Part shown: positions 22,209 to 33,200 of the stretch, piece by piece
Layout of the letters: the number at the start of each line of letters is the position of its first letter
Position numbering within the stretch: the first letter of the stretch is position 1
Origin: an uncultured delta proteobacterium
Lineage (GTDB): Bacteria > Desulfobacterota > Desulfobacteria > Desulfobacterales > Desulfosalsimonadaceae
NCBI GenBank assembly: GCA_963826785.1
Contig: CAWGYD010000001.1
Location: forward strand, 32,001-96,000
DNA: 64,000 nt
Reading direction: 5' to 3'
Position numbers and translations under genes: made by a program
The notes under the pieces: generated by a model
Told to the model about the DNA's origin: nothing
Seen by the model: only the letters and a program-made list of their open reading frames with translations
Database searches by the model: none

Positions 22209-23281
22209 CGGTTTTGAGCGCCTATATCACCCGGGTCTTCTTCAAGTATTTCGCCATCGTGCTCTTGCTGGTCAGTGTGATCTACCTGTCCATCGATTTT
22301 TTCGGCCGCATCGACAAGTTTATCCGCGTCGAGTTGACGCCGCTGCAGGTGCTCCTGTTCTTTATCTTCAAAATTCCGATGATCATCTCCCAGATCACCC
22401 CTGTGGCGGTGCTGCTGGGTGTTCTGATCGTCTTTGGGCTGATGTCGAAGAACAACGAGATCATTGCCTTGAAGAGCAGCGGGATCAGCGTGTATACGCT
22501 TTTGAAACCCATTGCGGTGATCGGTCTGGTGTTGAGCGTGATGCTGTTTCTTTTTTCGGAAGTGATCGTCCCCATCAGCACGGTAAAGTCCAACCAGATC
22601 TATGAGAATAACAAACCGAATCGGCGCATGATGACCTCCCGGGAGAAAAATATCTGGATCAGGGGGGATCAATCCATCACCTACATCAAATATTACGATC
22701 CCGGTGAAAACATGATCTACGGCATCAGCGTGATCTATCTGGACCGTTCGTTTGGCCTGCGCAAACGGATCAACGCCGAAAAAGGACATTATGAGAACAA
22801 CCGGTGGCTCCTGTCGGACTGCATGATACAAACATTTAATCCAAAAAAGGGTACCCAGGACGTCGTCTTCAGCGATTTGCAGCCGGTTGAACTGGACCTG
22901 AGCCCGACAGACCTGGTGAGGGTCTCCAGGGAGTCCGAGGAAATGAGTTTTGCCGCCCTGTGGAATTATATCCGGCATGTCCAGACCCAGGGATATGATG
23001 CGACCCAGTACCGGGTGGATTTATTTGCCAAAACCGCTTTTCCCTTCATCTGCCTGATCATGTCCCTGATGGGTTCCGGAATCGCCCTGCGTGGCAAAAC
23101 CCGTGAAGGGATGGCGGTCAGCTTCGCCTATTCTATTTTCACGGCCTTTATCTACTGGTCCCTGTACAGCCTTTCCCTGTCACTGGGGTATGGCGAGATG
23201 CTGCCGCCGATTCTCGCCGCCTGGATGGCCAACCTGGTTTTTTTGTGCATCACCGGCATCCTCGTGGTCCGGCTGGATTAA
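22205..23281 (+). CDS. lptG: LPS export ABC permease LptG
   Basis: KNNEIIALKSSGIS, LPPILAAWMAN; overlaps the lptF stop. Confidence 0.92.
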   Translation: MTVLSAYITRVFFKYFAIVLLLVSVIYLSIDFFGRIDKFIRVELTPLQVLLFFIFKIPMIISQITPVAVLLGVLIVFGLMSKNNEIIALKSSGISVYTLLKPIAVIGLVLSVMLFLFSEVIVPISTVKSNQIYENNKPNRRMMTSREKNIWIRGDQSITYIKYYDPGENMIYGISVIYLDRSFGLRKRINAEKGHYENNRWLLSDCMIQTFNPKKGTQDVVFSDLQPVELDLSPTDLVRVSRESEEMSFAALWNYIRHVQTQGYDATQYRVDLFAKTAFPFICLIMSLMGSGIALRGKTREGMAVSFAYSIFTAFIYWSLYSLSLSLGYGEMLPPILAAWMANLVFLCITGILVVRLD

Positions 23282-23290
23282 GGAGGGGCA

Positions 23291-24406
23291 ATGAATCTTC
23301 TGGGATCGAAAATCGAAGCGGTCATGCAGTCGGAAACAGGGGGGAAACGCGGATGGTTATCCGGTTTTTTGTTTTTTTTGTCCGCCATTTTCGGCACGGT
23401 TGCCCGCATCCGCGACCAATGTTATGATCGTGGGATCATCCGGACTAAAAAACTGCCCTGCCGGGTCATTTCAGTCGGCAACCTGAGTGCCGGGGGGACC
23501 GGCAAGACGCCCATGACAGTTTACATGGCGGAGTGGCTTTGTCAATCAGGGCTGCGGCCGGTGATCATCAGCCGGGGATACCGGGGCGGCGCGGAGCATT
23601 CGGGGGGCGTGGTCAGCGATGGGCAAAATGTGATTATGGATGCGGATCAGGCCGGGGATGAACCCTACATGATGGCCTGCCGGCTGCCTTCAGTTCCCCT
23701 GCTGGTGGGAAAGGACCGCTATGAAATGGGGACGCGCGCCATCGCGCAGTTCCATCCGGACGTGATTTTGCTGGATGATGGATTTCAGCACCGGCGCCTG
23801 TTCAGGGATATGGATCTGGTGCTGATCGATGATCGGCGGTATCTGGGAAACGGGCATCTGATCCCCCGGGGAATGCTGCGGGAGCCCGAATCCGCGCTTC
23901 AGCGGGCAGATGCGGTTATTTTAACCCGGTGCGATCCCGATGCCCGATCGATCTCGTATGATCGGCTGAAGGCAGCCGTTCCCGGAAAACCGGTATTTAA
24001 AACCGTTCATGTCCCCTATGCGCATTTGCTGGTGCGGCACGGCCGCCCGGAATGGGGCTGGGATCTTGCCAATCTGAAGCAGCGAAACGCATTTGTGTTT
24101 TCAGGCATCGCGCAGAATGATGAATTTGCAAGGATGGTCGCAGAACTTGCCGGAGCGGTCGCCGGGGCGGCGGAATTTGCCGATCACCATCCGTACACGC
24201 CCGGCGATCTGGATCGGATCCGGCAAGGGGCAACCGAAAGCCGGGCTGACATCATCGTCACTACGGAAAAGGATTATGTCCGCCTGCCCAAAAAACCGCA
24301 GCTGGGTATGGACCTTGGGGTCATCGGCATTCGGATTGAGTTTATGGAACAGGCATTCGAATTTACTGAATTAATCGAGCAAAACCTGCCTGGCGATAGG
24401 GGTTAA
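23291..24406 (+). CDS. lpxK: Tetraacyldisaccharide 4'-kinase
   Basis: VISVGNLSAGGTGKTP, SRGY, GDEP, LDDGFQH, G.LRE, TTEKD. Confidence 0.96.
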   Translation: MNLLGSKIEAVMQSETGGKRGWLSGFLFFLSAIFGTVARIRDQCYDRGIIRTKKLPCRVISVGNLSAGGTGKTPMTVYMAEWLCQSGLRPVIISRGYRGGAEHSGGVVSDGQNVIMDADQAGDEPYMMACRLPSVPLLVGKDRYEMGTRAIAQFHPDVILLDDGFQHRRLFRDMDLVLIDDRRYLGNGHLIPRGMLREPESALQRADAVILTRCDPDARSISYDRLKAAVPGKPVFKTVHVPYAHLLVRHGRPEWGWDLANLKQRNAFVFSGIAQNDEFARMVAELAGAVAGAAEFADHHPYTPGDLDRIRQGATESRADIIVTTEKDYVRLPKKPQLGMDLGVIGIRIEFMEQAFEFTELIEQNLPGDRG

Positions 24407-24413
24407 TCTTAAA

Positions 24414-25094
24414 ATGGGCGAAAAAAAGATGCGCATGGGAAAGCCGTTTTTCCGGAAGGACCTTGAAGCCGGGCCGGTCGATATTTTATCCAGGGGAAGG
24501 TGGGCCAATGCGGACCTGTCCCAATACCGGCGCGGCGAAAACGTCTGGGTGGTCAAGGACTTTTTACCCTGCCCCCCCCTGATCCGGAAAACCTGGGGGC
24601 GGTTCATGGTCAAACGGGAATACAATGCCTTGAAAAAACTGAGCGGCCTGCAGGGGGTTCCCGGCAATCCGTTTCTTCTGGATGAATACGCCGTCTGCTA
24701 CCCGTATATCCCCGGCACGACCCTGCGCAAAGCCGCTCCCGAGCGGATCAATGAATCTTTCTTCTTTCGCCTGGAGGAACTGGTCAAAAAAATGCACGAG
24801 CGCAAGGTGGTGCATCTCGACATTCGCCACCAGAGCAATATCCTGGTGACGGAGGAGGGGGACCCGGTCCTGCTGGACTTTCAGTCGGTGCTGAACCTGG
24901 AGCGGATTCCGCGCTTCATGCATCGCTTTTTAAAAAACATCGATCTGTCCGGCGTCTACAAGAACTGGATCAACGTCAAACCCGAACTGTTCGACGATGC
25001 CCGCAGGGAGCAGCTGGAGGCCTTGAACCGCAAACGATCCCTGTGGTTTTTCAAGGGGTATCCGCTGGGGACCCGAAAAAAACGGCGGCTGTAA
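24414..25094 (+). CDS. Protein-kinase-like fold enzyme (Kdo/WaaP/RIO-like kinase)
   Basis: VVKDF (ATP-binding Lys), REY, HLDIR..SNILV catalytic loop, LLDF; directly after lpxK. Confidence 0.7.
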   Translation: MGEKKMRMGKPFFRKDLEAGPVDILSRGRWANADLSQYRRGENVWVVKDFLPCPPLIRKTWGRFMVKREYNALKKLSGLQGVPGNPFLLDEYAVCYPYIPGTTLRKAAPERINESFFFRLEELVKKMHERKVVHLDIRHQSNILVTEEGDPVLLDFQSVLNLERIPRFMHRFLKNIDLSGVYKNWINVKPELFDDARREQLEALNRKRSLWFFKGYPLGTRKKRRL

Positions 25095-25124
25095 TCTATC
25101 TGAAATTTTTTCGACTCAGGATTG

Positions 25125-25712
25125 TCAACTCAGCGGGTAGACGAAGGTAAACACAAACAGGATCACATACCCGATGGCTGTGGCGATCATGTTTGTAAGA
25201 GCGTTGTTCTGCTCGAAGCTCTGCCGGTTGAAGGACCATAGCCGGGCGGCATCAAATCTTTTCAATGTGGGCAGATACGGCGGGACGTCCCGGCAGTAGG
25301 CCGCATAATCCCGGCCGAACAGTCCGGCAAGCAGTTTCTCCTCCCGGCGCACCCGGTTGATCATGTAAAAATAGTAAATGATCGTCAACGCAAGCATCAG
25401 CCAGACATTTCCGGTCATCATGACAATTCCGAACACCAGGAAGAAGCGTCCGAGGTACATGGGGTTGCGCACGAACATGTAGGGTCCGGTCACGGTCAGT
25501 TTTTTCTGGGTCTTGATGGTGGAAAAGCACCACACCTGCAGCATCTCTCCTGCAATCGAGACGATCAGGCCGGGGAAAAACCAGGCGGGATCGGTCAGGA
25601 AGGCAATCAGGGCAAAAAAGACGATCCCCAGAGGCAGCCTGAGTTTCAAGAATGTCTTGCGGGCTTTCCTGTTATTAAACAGGTCGTTGATGCGGGCCAT
25701 CAGTTCCGGCAT
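25125..25712 (-). CDS. Isoprenylcysteine carboxyl methyltransferase (ICMT/PEMT)-family membrane methyltransferase
   Basis: TM helices, LTVTGPYMFVRNPMYLG, REE..L..LFG.DY..YCRDVP. Confidence 0.85.
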   Translation of the reverse strand: MPELMARINDLFNNRKARKTFLKLRLPLGIVFFALIAFLTDPAWFFPGLIVSIAGEMLQVWCFSTIKTQKKLTVTGPYMFVRNPMYLGRFFLVFGIVMMTGNVWLMLALTIIYYFYMINRVRREEKLLAGLFGRDYAAYCRDVPPYLPTLKRFDAARLWSFNRQSFEQNNALTNMIATAIGYVILFVFTFVYPLS

Positions 25713-25852
25713 GGTCTTTTCCTTGCTCTATCTGTTTTATTCCGGTGGTCGCCGGTCGTGATCATGCAATATGCAATAGTCGCACGATTTCGGACAACCG
25801 GATCAATTGATGATCGAAGGTTGTATCCCTTTAGATATTTTCGGCAAAATTG

Positions 25853-26602
25853 TCAACCGGATAAACCCGCGTTGAGTGCCCGTTCCACCTTTTCGACATC
25901 TTCAGGCCGGTCCACACCGATGCTTACGTAATCGGTGACAACCACCCGGATGGGGATGCCGTTTTCCAGCAGTCTCAGCTGTTCGAGTTTTTCGATGGAT
26001 TCAAGCCGGGAAGGCGCAAAACCGACAAACTGCCTCAATGCATCCAGCCGGAAGGCATAGAGGCCGATATGCCCCAGAAACGGTCCGGCCGCCCCTTCCC
26101 GCGCAAATGGGATCGGGGCCCGGGAAAAGTAGAGGGCATCCCCGTTTTCCGCCGCTACGACTTTCACCTGGTCGGGATTTCCGGCAGCCGATCTATCGAT
26201 TGGTCTGGCCAGGGTGGTCACGCGGATGCGGCTGTCGGTGAACGGTGCGATCAACTGAGTGATCATCTCCGGGTTCAGGGCCGGTTCATCCCCCTGGATA
26301 TTGACGACCACCGCGTCACCGGTAATGTCCAGTTGACCGGCGGCCTCCAGCACCCGGTCCGTTCCGCTGGCGTGATCCCCGCGGGTCATCACCGCAGGCA
26401 CGTCCAGTTCTTTGGCCGCCGCCGCGATCCGCAGATCATCCGTGGCCAGGACCACCCGTTTCAGGAGGGGGCAGCGACTGGCCCGGGTAAATACGTGCCA
26501 GAACATGGGTTTACCTAAAATTTTGGCCAGCGGCTTTCCTGGAAACCGGGTGGATTCGAACCGGGCCGGAATGATTCCGTAGCAATCGGGTAAGGATGGC
26601 AT
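25853..26602 (-). CDS. kdsB: CMP-Kdo synthetase
   Basis: [48 protein letters not shown]. Confidence 0.96.
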   Translation of the reverse strand: MPSLPDCYGIIPARFESTRFPGKPLAKILGKPMFWHVFTRASRCPLLKRVVLATDDLRIAAAAKELDVPAVMTRGDHASGTDRVLEAAGQLDITGDAVVVNIQGDEPALNPEMITQLIAPFTDSRIRVTTLARPIDRSAAGNPDQVKVVAAENGDALYFSRAPIPFAREGAAGPFLGHIGLYAFRLDALRQFVGFAPSRLESIEKLEQLRLLENGIPIRVVVTDYVSIGVDRPEDVEKVERALNAGLSG

Positions 26603-26659
26603 TATCGCTTCTTTCCGTTAGGCATTTTCTAAAGGATCACCGACGCCAATTATCAATTT

Positions 26660-27958
26660 TCAGTTATCAATTGTCTGCTCTGCTTCCCCCATCATCTGCA
26701 GGATTTCCCTGCAGGCAAGTGCGGTTCCGCCCTGACGGGTCCTGATATACCGCAGGGCCCTGGCCGAAACCGCCCCGCGATCTTCCGGTGAATTGAGGCG
26801 ATCGGCCAGGGCTTTGGCCGCAGAGTGCCAGTTGTCCGCCTTTTCCACCAGGTTCTGCCGGAAAATGTCTTCCCCCACCCATTGAAAATTTTCATAAGAC
26901 GGTCCGATGACCGGGATCACGCCCTGGGTGAGGGGTTCGATAAAATTCTGGCCGCCCAGGGGGGCCAGGCTGCCGCCGACAAAAACGGCTTTGGCGCAGC
27001 TGTATGCGGAGTCGAGTTCCCCGAAGGTATCCCATAATATAACCGTGCCGGGGGCCACCGCCCCATGCGCCCGGGACCTAAGGGTCCACTGCCCCAGATG
27101 ATCCAGGATATTCCGCCAAGGCATGATCCGGTGCATGTGCCGGGGAAACAGGCCGATCACGGCATCCGGGCAACGGCTCCGGATCATGGGGAGCATCTTT
27201 AAAACCTGCTGCTCCTCTTCCTCCCGGATGGACCCGAACACACAGAAGTTTTCGGTATCCGGGACCAGCCGGCGGACAGTCGACAGGTCTGAAGATGACG
27301 GCGCCGCGACCCGGTCGAATTTGATGTTGGGCATGACCGAAACCCCGGCGCTGCCGAAAACGGATGAGAACCGGCCGGCATCCGCCGGGGAGATCGCCAT
27401 CACCCGCTCCGGCCGTATGGCATGAAGAGCAGAGGGCCACCGCCGGTACCCGGAAAGGCTTTTGCCGGTCATGCGGCCGTTGACGATCCATATCGGGCAG
27501 CGGGCCTTTTTCAGGGCAAAAAAGAAGCCGGGCCAGATCTCTGTTTCCAGGATAACTGCCAGCCGAGGACTTGCCTGGGCCACCGCCCGGTCCATCAGGC
27601 CCGGCCGATCGAAGGGGAAATAGGCGGGGCAGACATTGAGCCGGTTTTTTTGGATCCGGCCGTCTTTTTTGATCCGTTTGCTGATCTCCATTCCCTGGAT
27701 GGTGTTGGTGGTGATCAGTACCGTAAGCGGACGGGCAGGGGAAAGACGGGAGAGAAGGGTTTGGGCAAGATATGCTTCCCCGCCGGAAGCGGCCTGGATC
27801 CAAAGGTCTGCCGGGGGCAGGGGGCTTTTCAGGCGCCGCTGGTCATAACCGTCCTTTAGCCGCCGGTTCAGGCGAAGCAGGGGAATGATCCCGGACCAGC
27901 AGAGATCATAGAGGAAAAGTGCCGCCCGGAATCGGCGATGTGATGCATCTGGTGCCAT
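26660..27958 (-). CDS. waaA: Kdo transferase
   Basis: WIQAASGGE, PFD, ETEIWP, NGRM, NIKFD, FVGGSL..GGQNFIEP. Confidence 0.9.
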   Translation of the reverse strand: MAPDASHRRFRAALFLYDLCWSGIIPLLRLNRRLKDGYDQRRLKSPLPPADLWIQAASGGEAYLAQTLLSRLSPARPLTVLITTNTIQGMEISKRIKKDGRIQKNRLNVCPAYFPFDRPGLMDRAVAQASPRLAVILETEIWPGFFFALKKARCPIWIVNGRMTGKSLSGYRRWPSALHAIRPERVMAISPADAGRFSSVFGSAGVSVMPNIKFDRVAAPSSSDLSTVRRLVPDTENFCVFGSIREEEEQQVLKMLPMIRSRCPDAVIGLFPRHMHRIMPWRNILDHLGQWTLRSRAHGAVAPGTVILWDTFGELDSAYSCAKAVFVGGSLAPLGGQNFIEPLTQGVIPVIGPSYENFQWVGEDIFRQNLVEKADNWHSAAKALADRLNSPEDRGAVSARALRYIRTRQGGTALACREILQMMGEAEQTIDN

Positions 27959-28003
27959 GAATTACGACAGACCCTGTCTTTGAGCAAAGTGAATCAAATT
28001 AAA

Positions 28004-28045
28004 AACCGCTCCCATATCCCGTGCTGCCGGGATATGGGAGCGGTT
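28004..28045 (-). terminator. Intrinsic terminator downstream of metF
   Basis: 17-bp perfect stem AACCGCTCCCATATCCC/GGGATATGGGAGCGGTT with a T-run on the minus strand. Confidence 0.8.
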
Positions 28046-28080
28046 ATCAAATCACCTGCCAACAATCAAAATATATTTTT

Positions 28081-29013
28081 TCAGTCCACTTCCGGACGCG
28101 GGTAAAGGCCGGCTTCCTTTACGATTTCCGGCACCCGTTCCTCCCACTCGATGGCCATGATGTGAAAGCCGGCAACCCCTTTGACTTCCTTTAGCCGCTG
28201 GATGGTCTCGATGCAGATCTTGATCCCTTCCTCGGCCTGCTTGTCCTTGGGGGCCGCGGCCATGCGGCTGACCACGTCATCGGGCACGTCCATCCCCGGC
28301 ACGCGGTTTTTCATGTACTTGGCCATACCGGCGGATTTCATGGGGGTGACCCCGGCCATGATAAAGGTTTTTTCGGTCAGTCCGCGCTCCCGGGCCAGGC
28401 GGACCCACTCCTCGAACTTGTCTATGTTGTAGATGCACTGGGTCTGGATGAACTCGGCGCCCGCCTCGATCTTTTTGGCCAGCCGGGGCACCCGGATTTC
28501 GAAGGGATCGGCAAAAGGGTTGGCGGCCGCGCCCACGAACATCTTCGGGGGCCGCTTGATCTCATCTCCCCCCAGAAACTTCCCTTCGTCGCGCATGATC
28601 CGGACAGTCCTGATCAACTGCATGGAATCGAGATCATACACGTTCTGGCCCTTGGGATTGTCGCCGAAGGACTGGTGATCACCGGAGAGGCACAGCAGGT
28701 TGTTGATGTCAAAGGAGGCAGCGCCCAGGATATCGCTCTGCAGGGCGATGCGGTTTCGATCCCGGGTGACCATCTGCAGGACCGGTTCCAGGCCCATGAG
28801 TTTCAAATGGATGCAGGCGGCCAGGCTGCTGGTCCGGACCACCGATGTCTGGTTATCGGTGACATTTACCGCATCCACGTACCCTTTGAGCATCTCGCCC
28901 TTTTTCCGGATGATTTCGGGGTCGCTGCCCCGGGGAGGGCCGCATTCGGAGGTGACCCCCAAATGGCCGGCCGCCATGATTTTCTGGAGTTTGCTCGTTG
29001 TATTTCCGCTCAT
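28081..29013 (-). CDS. metF: Methylenetetrahydrofolate reductase (MetV-associated type)
   Basis: TSECGPPRG, VNVTDNQ, RDRNRIALQSD, SGDH, KKIEAGAEFIQTQ. Confidence 0.95.
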   Translation of the reverse strand: MSGNTTSKLQKIMAAGHLGVTSECGPPRGSDPEIIRKKGEMLKGYVDAVNVTDNQTSVVRTSSLAACIHLKLMGLEPVLQMVTRDRNRIALQSDILGAASFDINNLLCLSGDHQSFGDNPKGQNVYDLDSMQLIRTVRIMRDEGKFLGGDEIKRPPKMFVGAAANPFADPFEIRVPRLAKKIEAGAEFIQTQCIYNIDKFEEWVRLARERGLTEKTFIMAGVTPMKSAGMAKYMKNRVPGMDVPDDVVSRMAAAPKDKQAEEGIKICIETIQRLKEVKGVAGFHIMAIEWEERVPEIVKEAGLYPRPEVD

Positions 29014-29678
29014 ATCATTACATCCTCCCTTACCACTTTTCGGGGGCCGCCCGCCCGGTCCGTAGACCAGTCTTTCATATCGAAGAGCCGTTCATACAAA
29101 TCCATCCGGTCAATGGCTTTTAAGCGGTCGATGATCAGCTGCCAGGCGCAATCGAGCTCTTTGTTGATTTCACATTTCCCCTTGCTGGAGCCGCCGCAGG
29201 GACCGTTCAGGATCCGCTTGGCGCACCGGGACACCGGGCAGATGCCGCCGGTGTAAGCCAGGATGCAGTTTCCGCAGGCCTGGCACCGTTCGGTCCACAG
29301 CCCCCGTTTTTCCGTTACGCCGAGAAAACAGGTATTCACCCCGGGAAAGACGGGGGTGGAATGATATTTCTCGGCGGTAAACTGCACCCCCACGCCGCAG
29401 GCAATGGAGATGATCGCATCGTAGCCGTCCGCGACGTTTCGGATTTCCTCCAGGTATTCCTGATCGCACTGGCGCTCCAGGGTGACCTCGTCCACCTCGG
29501 CTTCTTTTCCCTGGTTGGCAAAATACATGCGCAGGGTGGATGCCAGCACGCCCACTTCCTTTTTGCCGCCCGCTTCACAGACGGTGACACATTCATTGCA
29601 ACCGAGAACGAGGATTTTCTTGAAATCCTTCACCTGTTCAATAATTTCCTCGACCGGTTTCCTATCGGCAACAATCAT
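29010..29678 (-). CDS. metV: Methylene-THF reductase Fe-S/Zn subunit MetV
   Basis: Cys-rich ERCQACGNC..GGICPVSRCAKRILNGPCGG..GKCE..CAW; overlaps the metF start. Confidence 0.92.
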   Translation of the reverse strand: MIVADRKPVEEIIEQVKDFKKILVLGCNECVTVCEAGGKKEVGVLASTLRMYFANQGKEAEVDEVTLERQCDQEYLEEIRNVADGYDAIISIACGVGVQFTAEKYHSTPVFPGVNTCFLGVTEKRGLWTERCQACGNCILAYTGGICPVSRCAKRILNGPCGGSSKGKCEINKELDCAWQLIIDRLKAIDRMDLYERLFDMKDWSTDRAGGPRKVVREDVMI

Positions 29679-29760
29679 CGGTCTCTCCTTCAAATGTTAT
29701 GATATTCTCCGAACCGGGTTTATCTGCCCCCGTTCCGGAGTTCAATGGCTTTGGCGTAAC

Positions 29761-29830
29761 TGGAATAATGGAATGGTGGAATGATGGGTTTGCAGATAAC
29801 CTCTGTTGTACCCAATATTCCATTATTCCA
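29761..29830. repeat. Inverted repeat built of TGGAATRR octamers
   Basis: TGGAATAA TGGAATGG TGGAATGA TGGG ... CCCAATATTCCATTATTCCA. Confidence 0.75.
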
Positions 29831-29846
29831 ATCTTCCCCATCGGCG

Positions 29847-30278
29847 TCATGCCGCTTTATGTTTTTTCGCTTTCATGGGATTGGGCCCCAGGGCCTTGAT
29901 CCGCTCATCCATCTCCTGTGCGTATTTTACAAACAGCGGTCCGTCGGAAGAGGAGAGATTGTACATCTGCACCCGCTCGCCGCCCACGCCCACGGTGTTT
30001 AGAATTTTCTGGGCCTGCTCCACGCGCTTGCGGGCACGGAAGTTGCCGAACTTGTAGTGGCAGTCGCCTTCCCGGCAGCCCACGATATAGACGCCGTCGG
30101 CGCCTTTTTCAATGGCCTTGAGCAGATGGATCACATCCACCTTCCCGGTGCAGGGCACCCGGATGATTTTGACGCTGGTGGGATAATTCAGTCTCATGGA
30201 ACCTGCCAGGTCCGCGGCCGAATACCCTCAGAAATTGCAGCAGAAGGCCAGAATCGTCGGTTTGAATGGGTCGTTCAT
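29847..30278 (-). CDS. mvhD: MvhD [2Fe-2S] subunit, selenoprotein (UGA codon 17 at 30228-30230)
   Basis: [58 protein letters not shown] overlaps the hdrL stop; UGA sits at a conserved Cys position. Confidence 0.92.
30198..30213 (-). promoter_or_regulatory. Candidate SECIS hairpin of mvhD
   Basis: GGACCU-GGC-AGGUUCC, 14 nt 3' of the UGA, with a G-starting loop and a possible bulged U. Confidence 0.65.
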
Positions 30279-33200
30279 ATCACTCCCTCCAGCAAGGATT
30301 CGATCTTGCTCAGTAGTTGCTCGTCTTCATACCAGTTCAGTTCAATGGCCTTGGCCGGGCATTCCGCGGCACAGGCCCCGCAGCCCTGGCACAGGGCATC
30401 GTCGATGAAGCTCACCCCCTCCTCGTTGATCTTCGGCACCCCGTAGGGGCAGGACCGCACGCAGATAAGGCAGGATGCGCACCGTTCCGGATCCACCTGG
30501 GCGGTCACCGCAGACAGCGTCAAAAAGGGCTGGGACAGCATGGTGGTGGCCCGGGAGGCCGCCGCCATGGCCTGGGCGATGGACTCGGTCAGAAGCTTGG
30601 GCGCATGGGCGGTGCCGCACAGGAAGACCCCTTCGGTTCCCATTTCCACCGGCCGGAGTTTGACATGGGCTTCGATGAAGTAATTGTCTTCATTGCGATT
30701 GAGCTTCATGATGTTGGCCAGCTCCTCGGTGTCCTCCGGCCGCATGCCCGCGCTCAGTGCCAGCAAATCCGCATCGACCGCCACCTTCCGGCCCAGGATA
30801 TGGTCGGTGAAGGTGACCTCCACCTTGTTGTCTGAGGCTTTCGCCACGGGTGGATCCTCCGGGTCGAAGCGGAAGAACATGACCCCCAGTTTCCGGGCCT
30901 CGGTGTAATAGTCTTCCAGCAGCCCGTAGGTCCGGATATCCCGGTACAGGATATACACCTGGGCGTCGGGATTCATCTTCTTGATGTGGATGGCATTCTT
31001 GACGGCGCTCTGGCAGCAGATCCGGGAACAGTTGGGGTTTTCCTCGCTTCTCGACCCCACGCACTGGATCATGACCACCTGCTCGATCCCGGTCATCGCG
31101 TTTTCGTCTTCCAGCCGTTCGGACAGCTCCAGCTGGGTGAGAACGCCCGGGTGCTGCCCGTAAAGATACTCCACAGGCTTGTATTCGGTTGCGCCGGTAG
31201 CCATCACCGCTACGCCGTGGTCGATCTTTTTGCTGACCATGTTCTGGCCCACCAGCACTTCGGTCTTGAAATTGCCTTTAAATCCGGAAAAGTCCACGAT
31301 GGTGGCATCGGTGAGCACCTCGATCCCGGTGTGGTCCGTCACCTTCCGGATGAGTTCGGCCAGGTAGGACTTGACATCCATCCCCTCGATGGTGTGGGTC
31401 AATCGGTTGGCCAGGCCGCCCAGTCGGGGCTCCTTTTCCACCAGCACCACTTCGTAACCCTGGTCTGCAATCCCCAAAGCGGCGGTCATGCCGGCCACAC
31501 CGCCGCCTACCACCAGGGCCCGGCTGGTCACCGGTATCTGGCGTTCGTGCAGCGGGTGCAGGGATGCGGCCCGGGCCACGGACATGCGCACCAGTTCCTT
31601 GGCTTTTTCCGTGGCCTCTATGGGGGAATCGGCATGCACCCAGGAATTCTGGTTCCGGATGTTGGCCATTTCGAACAGGTACTTGTTCAGCCCGCAGGCC
31701 TCCAGGGTATCCATGAAGATGGGTTCATGGGTCTTCGGCGTGCAGGAGGAGACCACCACCCGGTTGATGTTGTGCTCCTTGATCACCTCTTTCATGCCCT
31801 CCTGGGCATCCTGGCTGCAGGTGAACAGGTTTTCGCCCGCATACACCACGTGGGGCAGGGTTTCCGCATATGCTTTGACCGAAGGGACATCCACCACGCC
31901 GGCAATGTTGATGCCGCAGTCGCACACGAACACGCCGATGCGGGGCTCCTCGCCCTCCACCTCGATTTCCGCCGGCCGGGTGACCTCCCTGATCAGCGTG
32001 TTGCGGGAGGGGGCCAGGGTGCTGCCGGCCGCGCAGGCCGCGGCGCTGGCCTCGGTGATGGATGTCGGGATGTCCTTGGGCCCCTGGAAAATGCCGCAGG
32101 CGAATACGCCCGGGCGCGATGTATTCACCGGAGTGAAGGGATGGGTCTTGGCAAAGCGGTAATGGTTCAGATCGACATGGAGCCGGTTGGCCATTTCAAC
32201 GGTTTCGGGCGGGACCTGCAGGCCAACGGACAGCACCACCATGTCGAAATCCTCCATCTGCAGCTCGCCGGCTTCATCCACGTACCGCAGCCGCAGGTTG
32301 TCGTTTTCGATCACGTCAATGGTGTGAATCCGCGCTTTTTCAAACCGGACGCCGGACTGTTCTTTGGCCCGCAGGTAATATTTTTCATAATCCTTGCCGA
32401 AGGTCCGGATGTCCATGTTGAAGATCACCGTGTCCAGACCGTGATCCACGTGCGCCTTGGCGATCATGGCCTCCTTGATGGCATACATGCAGCACACTGA
32501 CGAACAGTAGCCGTTTCCGCACCGGTTGGTGTCCCGGGAGCCCACACACTGGAGCCAGGCGATCCGCTTGGGCTCGGTATGGTCCGAGGGCCGCACCAGG
32601 TGGCCCATGGTGGGGCCGGAAGCGGACAATATCCGCTCGAACTGGGCGCTGGTCAGCACATTGGCGGCCGACAGGTACTTGTAGGTGTCCTCCAGCACGG
32701 CGGGGTCGTAGGTTTCATTTCCGGGGCAGAGAATTACCGATCCGACGGGCAGGTCACGCTCCATCACCGTCTGTTCATGATCGACGGCGCCGGCCAGGCA
32801 GGCTTTCACACACTGGTAACATTCGGAGCAGATGCCGCATTTCAGACAGCGATCGGCCTCGGACTTGGCCTCTTCCTCGTTGTACCCATAGGAGACCTCC
32901 AGGAAATTGCATTCCCGGGCCTCGGGGTTCAGGCACCGGACCGGCACCCGGTCCTTGTGGGGTTCGCCCAGGGCATCCGGCTTTTCAAAGACCCAGTCCT
33001 TGTCCCGGCCTTCCCTGAGGTCCAGCCCATTGATGTAGCGGTGGATGCTTTCGGCCGCGGCTTTTCCAGAAGACACGGCATCCACCACCGACTTGGGCCC
33101 ATAGAAGGCGTCGCCGCCGGCAAACACCCATTCAAGCGAGGTCTGCAGGGTCTGCGGGTCCGCATCCAGCCCGCCCACCCGGGTCAAGGGGACGTTCTGG

